A program made the translations under genes and the position numbers. Shown piece after piece: positions 29,915-39,251 of a DNA stretch of 64,000 nt. The notes under the pieces were generated by a model, which did not search any database, was not told the DNA's origin, and worked only from the letters and a program-made list of their open reading frames with translations. The DNA comes from Bythopirellula sp. Its GTDB lineage: Bacteria; Planctomycetota; Planctomycetia; Pirellulales; Lacipirellulaceae. The stretch covers positions 800,001 to 864,000 of the forward strand of contig OZ244170.1 in the NCBI GenBank assembly GCA_965216565.1, written 5' to 3'. The stretch's first letter is position 1. The number at the start of each line of letters is the position of its first letter.

Positions 29915-30070
29915 GATTACGCAGCAGGCTCTTCTTGCATGACTGCTCTCACCTAAGACGTCCGTGAGTACCAGAAACTGGTAAGGAGAAGAGAAGTCTT
30001 GCTGGCGACCGCCTGCGGCGCTCACCGGTGTGGCCTTTCGCGACTGCCTGTCGTTTCCGGCTACACTTGA

Positions 30071-30098
30071 AACCTATGTCAGATCCGACTGATGTCAA
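30071..30098 (-). promoter_or_regulatory. Candidate sigma70 promoter for the riboswitch-flp transcript
   Basis: TTGACA-N16-TAGGTT on the minus strand. Confidence 0.4.
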
Positions 30099-30273
30099 AC
30101 TTCTCTGGACCACTCTCGCCACTTTTTCTTCCGGGCGCGTTAGAACCGTTTCAATCTGATTGAATGCCTCGCGAGATAACCCATCTTGGGTCGGAATTGT
30201 GGTGTTTTTGCAACCTACAGTTGTGGAGGTGCAACCCTTATTGACTCAGTTCCACGTCTATCGTTAGGCCACT

Positions 30274-31152
30274 ATGCAACTCCTGCTCGAAAAGCTTGTT
30301 CGCTTGGCACAAGAATCTGCCTGGAATTACCACGCGGGCGGTGCGGTTGCCACAGAACCGGCTGCTTGGGCGTGTCTTGCACTAGCGGAACACGGTGAGC
30401 ATGAGTCAGCAAAGCTGGCAGCAGAGTGGTTGCAGCAAGTCCAAGACAAGAAAGGTTCGGTAGGCGTGACCCCTACGCAGTCCTTACCTGCTTGGACGAC
30501 GAGTTTGGCAATCTTGGCTTGGAGCAGTTGTGACAGCTTGACGGGCGAAGGCCGCTACGAAGCATCTCTCGCACGTGCGTTGGAATGGACATTGAACGCA
30601 CGCGGCAAAACGGCCGAACGTCAGAGCGAAATCGGGCACGACCCAACCCTGGTCGGTTGGTCCTGGGCCGAGGGCACCCATTCCTGGCTCGAGCCAACAA
30701 CCCTGTTCGTCATGGCGCTAAAGGCCGCAGGCTATGCCAATCATCCCCGCACCCGCGAGGCAGTGCGGCTAATCGTCGATCGGTTGCTACCCGATGGCGG
30801 CTGCAACTACGGCAACACAATGGTTCTTGGTCAAACTCTCTTGCCTCACGTCCAACCGACGGGGTTCGCCATGTTGGCATTGGCCGGCGAAAGGAGCAAC
30901 GATCCCAGGGTCGCTAAATCGCTCGACTTTCTAGAAGATTCGCTGCAATCCGATTCATCGACGGCCTCCCAATGTTATGCCGTATTGGGCTTGAATGCAC
31001 ACGGCCGCGACACTTCCCAGACAGAGGAATGGCTCGCAGCGGCCGCCCAGCGAGAAACGAGTTGCTATCGCTTAGCGCTCATTGCCTTGGCTCGGAAGAA
31101 CTCTCAGAGATGGCTATCTCCGAAGCGAGCTGTGGAGGTTGCCGGCTTATGA
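30274..31152 (+). CDS. Prenyltransferase/squalene oxidase repeat (alpha/alpha barrel) protein
   Basis: WLQQVQDKKGS, GWSWAEGTHSWLEPT, RLLPDGGCNYGN. Confidence 0.8.
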   Translation: MQLLLEKLVRLAQESAWNYHAGGAVATEPAAWACLALAEHGEHESAKLAAEWLQQVQDKKGSVGVTPTQSLPAWTTSLAILAWSSCDSLTGEGRYEASLARALEWTLNARGKTAERQSEIGHDPTLVGWSWAEGTHSWLEPTTLFVMALKAAGYANHPRTREAVRLIVDRLLPDGGCNYGNTMVLGQTLLPHVQPTGFAMLALAGERSNDPRVAKSLDFLEDSLQSDSSTASQCYAVLGLNAHGRDTSQTEEWLAAAAQRETSCYRLALIALARKNSQRWLSPKRAVEVAGL

Positions 31153-32180
31153 GTTGTCCGAAAAAACAATCGGGTTGGAAACCTTCGCGCCGAACTGTAT
31201 TGGCTGCTGGGGGAGCAACTGTCGCGGGTCTCGCCGGCACTAAGTTAGCCACTTGGGCAGCTGACCGTCGACGGGCGAACGTTTTTATTGCGAAGAACCA
31301 GAAATACGACGGAGCGCTGATCGCAACGATTCGCGATGGCTTACTGGCATGCGATCTCAAGCCGGAGCACTTTCGCGGCAAGCGTGTCTTGCTGAAGCCA
31401 AATCTCGTTGAGCCAACTCGTGAAATTCCACATATGACGACTCACCCATTGGTGATTAGTGCTGCCGGCGAAGTGTTTCAACAATGGGGCGCTACGGTTC
31501 GAGTTGGCGAGGCCCCGGGGCATGTTCGCGATACCGAAATGGCGCTCATTGAATCGGGTGTTGGCGAAGCACTCAGGGACGCGGATCTTTCTTTCGCCGA
31601 CTTGAATTACGAGGAAGTCGCCTGGCATCGAAATCGTGGCCGTGTTAGCCCACTAAAAGGGATTTACTTCCCACGATCCGTGGTGGAAGCCGACTGGGTG
31701 GTTTCGTTGCCCAAGATGAAGACCCATCACTGGGTGGGACTAACCTGCAGTATGAAGAATTTCTACGGCGTATTGCCGGGAATCAAATACGGTTGGCCCA
31801 AGAACGTGCTCCATCACAATGGAATCCCGCAAACGGTTGTCGATATCAATGCCACTTTGCCCAGCACTCTGGCGATTGTCGACGGTATCGATTGTATGGA
31901 GGGCGACGGTCCCATCCTGGGAAGTCTCAAGCAGATGGGCCTCATCGCAGTAGGGCGAAGCTTACCCGCAGTGGACGCCACGATTGCACGGATCATGGCG
32001 CTCGAACCGAGTCGGGTGAGTTACCTCGCACTCGCGGCAGGCAAGCTTGGTCCCATCGACGAGCATCTGATCGACCAACGCGGCGAACCCTGGCAACCGC
32101 TGACCTCGGCATTCAAAATCCTCGACAAACCCCACCTTCGGCAATTGAGAGCAACCCCCGATGGGCCGCTGGTGACATAA
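31149..32180 (+). CDS. DUF362 domain protein with Tat-like leader
   Basis: SRRTVLAAG leader; VLLKPNLV, TTHP, SLPKMKTH, MKNFYG, IVDGIDCMEGDGP; ATGA overlap with the upstream gene. Confidence 0.88.
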   Translation: MSCPKKQSGWKPSRRTVLAAGGATVAGLAGTKLATWAADRRRANVFIAKNQKYDGALIATIRDGLLACDLKPEHFRGKRVLLKPNLVEPTREIPHMTTHPLVISAAGEVFQQWGATVRVGEAPGHVRDTEMALIESGVGEALRDADLSFADLNYEEVAWHRNRGRVSPLKGIYFPRSVVEADWVVSLPKMKTHHWVGLTCSMKNFYGVLPGIKYGWPKNVLHHNGIPQTVVDINATLPSTLAIVDGIDCMEGDGPILGSLKQMGLIAVGRSLPAVDATIARIMALEPSRVSYLALAAGKLGPIDEHLIDQRGEPWQPLTSAFKILDKPHLRQLRATPDGPLVT

Positions 32181-32224
32181 CGATTCTCTTTAGTGACAAT
32201 TGGCTTGGCTGTTAGTTTCTTTTT

Positions 32225-32780
32225 TTGAACAGGAGGGAACTGAGGGAACGGAGCGAAGGCCCAAGATTAATCCTACTTGCACGGACTACTCCAAATTTGC
32301 TCCCGGTAACATCAAACGTGATACACCCTCAGTCAACTTTGGAACATTGAAGTTGATGATCAAGCCAAGTGGAATATCAAGTAATTTCATATAGCTGAGC
32401 AATTGAGCCTTATGAATTGGATGAACAGCTTCTACCGCTTTGGCCTCCACAAGTAAGCATTGGTCAACCAAAAGATCGAATTTTAGCGGGGCTTCTCGCT
32501 GGAACTGCTTATATCGAATTGTCACGCAGTCTTGTCTTTCAACTGCGTGATCTCGTAGTTCTAACTCCATAGTTAAGCACCACTCATAAATCGACTCGAG
32601 TAAGCCCGGTCCTTTATCCCTGTGCACCTCGATCGCTGCACCAATAACGTCGTGGGTTTTTTCTGATGCTTGTTGAAATAAAGGGGTGCATTCAAGAGAC
32701 CTCTTATGGCTAGGAGAACAGGGAAACCCGAGTTAACCAGGAAATCCTATCCTCTGTTTTCTCCGTTCCCTCCTGTTCAA
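32225..32780. mobile_element. Putative 556-bp element: GxxExxY gene bracketed by 29-bp imperfect inverted repeats
   Basis: TTGAACAGGAGGGAACTGAGGGAACGGAG (32225-32253) vs reverse complement of 32752-32780, 25/29 identical. Confidence 0.55.
32286..32691 (-). pseudogene. GxxExxY protein (PD-(D/E)XK nuclease-like) with a one-base frameshift at codon 3
   Basis: GPGLLESIYEWCL, DLLVDQCLLVEAKAVE, HKAQLLSY, GLIINF; ATG at 32691 (ATG CAC CCC TTT) is out of frame with PLFQQASEKTHDVIGAAIEVH by one extra base. Confidence 0.8.
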
Positions 32781-33070
32781 TCAACCCTTCGCCAATCAAC
32801 GAATAAATGTGAGGCCTTAGTTTGAGACAAATTCTACTCCTGGAGGTACATCAAAGCACTGTTCTTCGCAAAGTACTTCTCAACCCAGTACGATCGTCAC
32901 AAGCCGCACATTGCAATCGAACTCGTGGCTTCTAAGAGAGTAGTCGGCGAACTTGCGGCGTCTTTGCAACATGTGAGCTATGTTTACATGACGCAACGGC
33001 GAACGAATAGAGAAAGTCTGCGAGCACTAATTGCTCCATTCCCCCCAGGCACTATGTAGGAATCACGGCG

Positions 33071-34387
33071 ATGACCAAACTAGACGCATCCTTGCCGAAC
33101 GAAAACAAAGAAGCTGAGTTCGAGAAACTCAAGCAAAGCATCCATTCCAAGTTGGTCGATAAGCTCGACCTTTCGCATGTCGGCGAATTGGAAGGTGACG
33201 TTTTGCGACGCGAAATCCGCCTGGTCGTCGAGCATTTGTGCGATACCGAGAATACATTTCTCAATCGCAATGAGCGAGATCGCCTCATCGACGAAGTTCT
33301 CGATGAAACGTTCGGTCTAGGCCCACTCGAAATGCTGCTGAAAGACCCGCAGATCAGCGAAATCATGATCAACGGTCCCAAGAATGTTTTCGTTGAAAAC
33401 AGTGGCCAGCTGGAGAAAACCGGCGTCAAGTTTCGCGACGATAAGCATCTGATGCAAATTATCGACCGCATCGTTTCCAAGGTTGGACGTCGTGTCGATG
33501 AAGTGTGCCCGATGGTTGATGCCCGTCTTCAAGACGGTTCTCGTGTGAATGCAATCATCCCGCCTTTGGCACTCGACGGCCCGAGCGTGACGATTCGTCG
33601 CTTCGGTTCGAATCCGCTCAAGCTGGAAGACTTGCTGAATTACAAGAGTATGACGCCCGAGATGGTCATGCTGCTCGAAGGAGCCATGAAATCTAGGTTG
33701 AACATTATTATTTCTGGCGGTACTGGTTCTGGTAAAACCACGCTGCTCAATACGCTGTCCAGCTTCATCGACAACGAAGATCGTATTGTGACGATCGAAG
33801 ACGCGGCTGAGCTCCAATTGCAGCAAAGCCACATCGTTCGCCTGGAAACCCGACCACCGAATATCGAAGGCAAGGGTAAGATTTCAGCGACCGACCTGGT
33901 TCGCAACTGTTTGCGTATGCGTCCCGACCGGATCATCATCGGCGAATGTCGTGGTCCTGAAACATTGGACATGCTGCAAGCTATGAACACGGGTCATGAC
34001 GGATCATTGACCACTTGCCACGCAAATACGCCTCGCGATGCAATCGCACGACTCGAAACCATGATTATGATGTCTGGTTTTGAGATGCCAGTCCGGGCGA
34101 TGCGAACACAAATCGCCAGTGCCGTCGATCTGATCGTCCAGGTCAACCGACTTTCGGGTGGACCACGTAAAGTCACAGCCATTACCGAAATCATGGGTAT
34201 GGAGCAAGACACCATCGTCATGCAAGACATCTTCACCTTCCAGCAAGAAGGTGTTGGCGAAGATGGCCGAGCTACTGGTTACTTCCACGCGAGTGGAATT
34301 CGACCGAGCTTCATTCCGCGACTGGAAGCCCACGGCGTCCGTTTGCCGGCAAGTGCCTTCCGCGAGCGGATCATGCTTCGCGATTGA
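33071..34387 (+). CDS. cpaF: Flp pilus assembly ATPase CpaF/TadA
   Basis: [47 protein letters not shown]. Confidence 0.95.
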   Translation: MTKLDASLPNENKEAEFEKLKQSIHSKLVDKLDLSHVGELEGDVLRREIRLVVEHLCDTENTFLNRNERDRLIDEVLDETFGLGPLEMLLKDPQISEIMINGPKNVFVENSGQLEKTGVKFRDDKHLMQIIDRIVSKVGRRVDEVCPMVDARLQDGSRVNAIIPPLALDGPSVTIRRFGSNPLKLEDLLNYKSMTPEMVMLLEGAMKSRLNIIISGGTGSGKTTLLNTLSSFIDNEDRIVTIEDAAELQLQQSHIVRLETRPPNIEGKGKISATDLVRNCLRMRPDRIIIGECRGPETLDMLQAMNTGHDGSLTTCHANTPRDAIARLETMIMMSGFEMPVRAMRTQIASAVDLIVQVNRLSGGPRKVTAITEIMGMEQDTIVMQDIFTFQQEGVGEDGRATGYFHASGIRPSFIPRLEAHGVRLPASAFRERIMLRD

Positions 34388-34460
34388 TCGAAGAGTTTAG
34401 AAACGATAGCCGGTCGGGGAATCAGAGGGGGCCCCGGCTGGTTCTATACATAAGAGGATT

Positions 34461-34530
34461 GTGAATAGGTGAGTAAGTGAGCACAAGCACCGCTTGATCG
34501 GGACACCTGCTCACTTACGAACCTACTCAC
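34461..34530. repeat. 8-nt-periodic inverted repeat
   Basis: GTGAATAGGTGAGTAAGTGAGCA vs reverse complement of 34508-34530, 20/23 identical. Confidence 0.7.
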
Positions 34531-34566
34531 ACCTGAGATTGCAAACGCAATAGCCATTTTGGCTAA

Positions 34567-34666
34567 GGAATCGAGGAAAAATCACTTTCCCTAAGTCCCT
34601 CGCCCCCTTAGGGGAGAGGTTAGGTGAGGGGAACAATAAATACCGAAGTGAGTTTTCCTCGATTCC
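34567..34666. repeat. Inverted repeat enclosing a CCCTCGCCCC..GGGGAGAGG REP-like unit
   Basis: GGAATCGAGGAAAAATCACTT / AAGTGAGTTTTCCTCGATTCC arms (20/21); related core at 17786-17805. Confidence 0.7.
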
Positions 34667-34708
34667 CAACTTAGAACCCACCAGCATACTTACTAACGAG
34701 AGTTGATC

Positions 34709-35674
34709 ATGCTACCTAGCGTATTGATCATTGGAGCGGTTTTCTTTGGCGTTGTCGCGCTGATTGTCGGCGTCGCGATGCTATTTCGAGATCAATCGCT
34801 CAATCAAATGGAAGACCGGCTCAATGCCATCACAGGCAAGGGCAAGAACGATCCGGGCAACCTATCGGAAGTCACGCAGCTTTTCTCTTCGCAGGTTGAA
34901 GGGAAGAACGCGTTCGAACGCGCGATGGCCAATTGGTTCAATCTGACCCTGCTGTTTGAGCAAGCCGAAGTCTCGATGTCGATTGCGTCGTTTCTTGGAA
35001 CCTGCTTGGGTTTCGGGCTGTTGTCGACTTTCGTCTGTACTTATTTGGGACTCAGCCTGGTAATCTCACCGATCGTCGGCGTGTGTTTCGGAGCCCTGCC
35101 ATTCTTTTGGGTCTTGTTCCGCCGCCGCAGTCGATTCAAGAAATTTGCCTCACAACTTCCCGAAGCACTCGAGCTTGTCGCCCGCGCTTTGCGTGCGGGG
35201 CACAGTCTGGCAGCTGGATTTCATTTAGTTGCCCAAGAGTCTTCCGATCCTATCGCTACAGAATTTGGCCGTGTGTTTGAAGAACAGAATCTGGGTGTTT
35301 CCATGGAAGAAGCACTTTTGAGTCTGACCGAGCGAATTCCCAACCTCGATCTTAAGTTCTTTGCCACTGCCGTCATCCTCCAACGCCAAACGGGTGGTGA
35401 TCTTGCCGAAATCCTCGATAAGATTGGACATCTGATTCGCGAACGATTCAAGATTTGGGGCCAGGTCCAAGCACTCACCGGCGAAGGCCGACTATCGGGT
35501 ATCGTGCTTTTGGCTCTGCCTCCCGTGCTGTTTGTTACCGTCTATCGAATGAACCCCGATTACTTGATGCTGCTGTTCACAGACGACCTTGGCAAGAAGA
35601 TGCTCATCGGGGGCGTGATCTCGCAGTTGGTCGGTGCACTAGTAATTCGCAAGATCATCAACATACGAGTCTGA
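34709..35674 (+). CDS. tadB: Tight adherence protein TadB (T2SS F family)
   Basis: QLPEALELVARALRAGHS, QRQTGGDLAEIL, ALTGEGRLSG. Confidence 0.93.
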   Translation: MLPSVLIIGAVFFGVVALIVGVAMLFRDQSLNQMEDRLNAITGKGKNDPGNLSEVTQLFSSQVEGKNAFERAMANWFNLTLLFEQAEVSMSIASFLGTCLGFGLLSTFVCTYLGLSLVISPIVGVCFGALPFFWVLFRRRSRFKKFASQLPEALELVARALRAGHSLAAGFHLVAQESSDPIATEFGRVFEEQNLGVSMEEALLSLTERIPNLDLKFFATAVILQRQTGGDLAEILDKIGHLIRERFKIWGQVQALTGEGRLSGIVLLALPPVLFVTVYRMNPDYLMLLFTDDLGKKMLIGGVISQLVGALVIRKIINIRV

Positions 35675-35675
35675 C

Positions 35676-36659
35676 ATGTATATTCTCCTAGCTGATTTGA
35701 TGACCAACCCGCTGATGATGAAGGTTGCCATTTTTGGCGCGGCTGCCGCCGCTGCCTGGTGGTTACTCGACTTCTTTGCAGGTCAAAAAACCCGTGCTGA
35801 AGAGCGCTTGGACGAAGTGCGCGAACCCAACTCGCGCAAGTTGGACCTAATTCGTGACGGCAAGAGCAAACCAAATGCCATGGCATCGGCCTTGGCCAAG
35901 GCCTCACCGGCATTGTCCAAACCGCTCCAGCCAAAGACAAGCGAAGAGGTCAGCAAGACCCGTGCTTCGCTCAATATGGCCGGCTTTCGCAGCGACAAGG
36001 CTCCCGAAATCTTCTGGTCGACCAAAATGATCGGCTTGGTTGTTGGTTTTGTTATCGGCGGTGGAGCATTGGTGCTTACCAAAGGTATTACGATCGACTC
36101 GCTGACCTACTCGGCGATCATCGGCGGCGTCATGTTCTTCCTCCCAGAAATTGTGGTTCGGCTCATCACCAAGAGCCGCCAAGACAATATGTTCTATGGT
36201 CTGCCGGATGCATTGGACCTGATGGTTGTTTGCGTCGAAGCTGGACTTGGTCTCGATCAAGCGATGCGTAAGGTGGCCGAAGAAATGAAGAAAAGCTACC
36301 GCGTTGTGGCTGAGGAATTCGGACTTTGCAACTTGCAAATCCAGATGGGCCGAGCTCGGAATGATGTGCTTCACGATCTGGGTGCCCGTACGGGTGTCGA
36401 CGACGTGAAAGCCTTAGCCGCGATCCTGATTCAAGCCGACAAGTTCGGTTCTAGCGTTGCCCAGGCACTTCGCGTACAGAGCGACTCCATGCGGACGCGT
36501 CGCCGCCAGTTGGCGGAGGAAAAGGCGGCAAAGACTGCCGTGAAACTTATTTTCCCGCTGGTACTGTTCATCTTTCCTGCAATTTTCGTTGTCCTGGTCG
36601 GCCCTGCTGCCATCACGATGATCAACGAACTGTTCCCATCCATGAATGGCGACCTGTAG
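35676..36659 (+). CDS. tadC: Tight adherence protein TadC (T2SS F family)
   Basis: LPDALDLMVVCVEAGLGLDQA, QADKFGSSVAQALR, AEEKAAKTAVKLIFPL. Confidence 0.93.
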   Translation: MYILLADLMTNPLMMKVAIFGAAAAAAWWLLDFFAGQKTRAEERLDEVREPNSRKLDLIRDGKSKPNAMASALAKASPALSKPLQPKTSEEVSKTRASLNMAGFRSDKAPEIFWSTKMIGLVVGFVIGGGALVLTKGITIDSLTYSAIIGGVMFFLPEIVVRLITKSRQDNMFYGLPDALDLMVVCVEAGLGLDQAMRKVAEEMKKSYRVVAEEFGLCNLQIQMGRARNDVLHDLGARTGVDDVKALAAILIQADKFGSSVAQALRVQSDSMRTRRRQLAEEKAAKTAVKLIFPLVLFIFPAIFVVLVGPAAITMINELFPSMNGDL

Positions 36660-36896
36660 GGTAGATTTGACGTTCTTTGCAATCATTGGCTTCTAGAAGA
36701 GCTGCGCCCAAGGAATGCATCGTCTGATGAGATGCCCGTCAACTCGGTCAAGATGCCCTTCGGATTTTGAGCAATCGAACTGAATTGGGCAGGAAATTCC
36801 ACAGACTTTTTGACGTTTCCCCGATGCGATGGCTGCTTAATCGCCCTATCTCGTCTACCATGCTCCTGATAAGACCTTTCAGTACGGAGCATACAC

Positions 36897-38024
36897 GTGA
36901 ATTTCACAAATGACTTACTCTTCGCAGTCGCGGTGAGCCCATCCACCGAGCTGGAGCCGGGCAGCTACGGCCTGCTGATTTTTTATGCCCTGGTGGCCCT
37001 TGGGTTCTCGTTCCTCTGTTCGATTGCCGAGGCGGTGCTGCTGAGTGTGACTCCCTCTTATATCGCCACGCTCGGCGATGGAGCGGAACTGTCAGCGGCA
37101 CGGCTGAAACGAATGAAAGAGAATGTCGACCGTCCGCTGGCGGCAATTCTGAGCCTGAACACCATTGCCCACACCGTGGGAGCCGCAGGTGTCGGAGCGG
37201 AAGCGGCCGGCATTTGGGGAAACACAGCGGTCGGTTATGCCTCGGCTGTGATGACTCTGTTTATCTTGGTGCTCTCAGAGATCATCCCCAAGACCATCGG
37301 TGCCGTTTACTGGCGTGCACTGGGCCCAACGGTCGCCCGCGTGTTGGAGATCTTGATCTGGGTTCTGTATCCTCTGGTCTGGTTATCCGAGTTGCTGACG
37401 AAAATTATTGCTGGTGACGCGAAGCAAGAGATTGTCACGCGCGAGGAAGTGGCTGCAACTGCGGCGATGAGCACCCAAACGGGTGAGTTAGCGGAGAAAG
37501 AGCATCACATCCTTAACAATCTTCTCCGACTGCACTCGTTAACCGTGGAAGACGTCATGACTCCACGGACGGTCATCCTCAGTGCGCCCGAAACACAAAC
37601 GGTGGGAGAATTTCTCCACGACAATCCGAAGCTCCCTGTCACTCGTATCCCTGTCTATGACAATTCGATCGACGAAGTAACCGGCTTTATCCTCAGGCCC
37701 GAACTGCTCCTCGCTCAGGCTAAAAACGAATCCGACCGGCAGTTGAAATCTCTCCGCCGCCCGATCAAGTCCATCTCTCCCGGGGCATCACTTTCCGATG
37801 CGCTCGAACTTCTGCTGAACGAGCGTGAACACATCGCGCTGGTAGTGGATAGTTACGGGGGCACGGACGGCCTGGTGACGCTGGAAGATATTATCGAAAC
37901 CCTGCTCGGCATGGAAATCGTGGACGAGGCAGACGAGGCGGTCGACATGCAACGGCTCGCCCGCCGGCAATGGAAGCAGCGAATGGAGTCGATCGGCCTC
38001 GATGCGAGCGAGGAAGTCGAATAA
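36897..38024 (+). CDS. CNNM/CorC-HlyC family (DUF21 + CBS) metal transporter-like protein
   Basis: SFLCSIAEAVLLS, LNTIAHTVGA, SEIIPKTIG, VMTPR, GLVTLEDIIETLLGMEIVDE; true start uncertain. Confidence 0.9.
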   Translation: MNFTNDLLFAVAVSPSTELEPGSYGLLIFYALVALGFSFLCSIAEAVLLSVTPSYIATLGDGAELSAARLKRMKENVDRPLAAILSLNTIAHTVGAAGVGAEAAGIWGNTAVGYASAVMTLFILVLSEIIPKTIGAVYWRALGPTVARVLEILIWVLYPLVWLSELLTKIIAGDAKQEIVTREEVAATAAMSTQTGELAEKEHHILNNLLRLHSLTVEDVMTPRTVILSAPETQTVGEFLHDNPKLPVTRIPVYDNSIDEVTGFILRPELLLAQAKNESDRQLKSLRRPIKSISPGASLSDALELLLNEREHIALVVDSYGGTDGLVTLEDIIETLLGMEIVDEADEAVDMQRLARRQWKQRMESIGLDASEEVE

Positions 38025-38182
38025 CCTGCCTCGGTGACACCCGGCTAAAGCTCGCACACAGACGTGATTGGGTAGCCTAGGTTGGCGGCAACGCCGCAAG
38101 AGATTCGCTACGTGATATGCGAGAAGCCTCTAGTGACTTTGTCACACCGGTAGACCTATCGGTCAACCGGTGGCACCCGTCT

Positions 38183-38360
38183 GGTGCCATGCCCAAGCTT
38201 GGTAAGCCCTCGCAAGACCATAGCACCTTGAGAGGCATGGCCACGCGGCTTGTCACCTACATGGGGTATGGGCATGTTGGAGAATTGGCAAGTCCGCTGA
38301 AGCTACCAATTGCTTCTGCGTGGCCATGACACCCTCACCTTGAAGAGTGGCCATCGCACC
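38183..38360. repeat. Cluster of GGTGCCATG(G/C)CCAC-type REP-like palindromes
   Basis: GGTGCCATGCCCAAGC..., GGCATGGCCACGC, GCGTGGCCATGACACC and ...GTGGCCATCGCACC; CACCTTGA occurs twice. Confidence 0.6.
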
Positions 38361-38562
38361 AAGGTAAAGTGGGAGGTATGGGTTGTCTGTGTGGGTTTCT
38401 CCAAAAGTAGCGCAGATCGGGGATCGGGTTGGTCGATAAACCCGTCGGACGTGAATTTTTCGCACTCTGTGCGCCTGGTAGTCCCGCGCTACCCTGGGCC
38501 GGAGGCAATGGAAAGCCGCGTTCTCACGAATCCCCGCGACCTACTTTTTAGGACCCCGAATC

Positions 38563-39198
38563 ATGAAGAGTCTCAGCCTTAGCGCTCTGGTAATGGCCCT
38601 GTGCCTGCTCTGCTTTCAATCTGCCGATGCCCAATGCGATTCATGTGCGGGCACGCAATACAATACAAATGTGGGCGGATGTCAGTCTTGTGGCTGCCAG
38701 CCGGGTTGTGGGTCCTACTCGGCCTGCGACTACTTCAAGGCGGGCTATACTGCCAACGTGGCCTGGCCAAGCCATTTCATTCCACCAGCACGCCGCGGTG
38801 TTTGCGATGCTTTTGCTGTGATGGCCAATAATGGTTGGCGACGTCAGAATCTACTGGGCGATTACCATTTCGAACCAGAGTCGAACAAATTGACTCGTGC
38901 GGGCGAAATGAAAGTCAATTGGATCCTCACCCAAGCTCCGGTTCAAAGACGCACCGTTTACGTTCAACGTGGAGCGGAAGAGTCTCAAACCTCGGCTCGC
39001 CTTGCTTCTGTAGAAAACTACGGTGGCACGATGAGCCCAGCCATTGCGAGTGTCGACGTCATGGACACCCACATTGTGGCTGAGGGCCATCGAGCTAGTT
39101 CAGTCGATAATATTTTCGTGGGCTACCAAGAGAATCGTCCACCACCTGTTCTCCCTGCAGCTAACAGCAGTGCCGGTAATTCCACTGCAGCCAATTAG
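38563..39198 (+). CDS. Secreted hypothetical protein with Cys-rich N-terminus
   Basis: Signal peptide, CDSC/CQSCGCQPGC; ordered domain WP..F...NGWRRQNLLGDYHF. Confidence 0.75.
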   Translation: MKSLSLSALVMALCLLCFQSADAQCDSCAGTQYNTNVGGCQSCGCQPGCGSYSACDYFKAGYTANVAWPSHFIPPARRGVCDAFAVMANNGWRRQNLLGDYHFEPESNKLTRAGEMKVNWILTQAPVQRRTVYVQRGAEESQTSARLASVENYGGTMSPAIASVDVMDTHIVAEGHRASSVDNIFVGYQENRPPPVLPAANSSAGNSTAAN

Positions 39199-39251
39199 TA
39201 GAGCCTGTCCCAAGTTGGACAGGTTATCGAATCACCAAGGAGGGTGAGATC

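Noticed and set aside
29995..30062. Possible second riboswitch upstream of the GEMM aptamer
   Set aside because: GC-rich and foldable, but I cannot match it to a known consensus; needs a covariance search.
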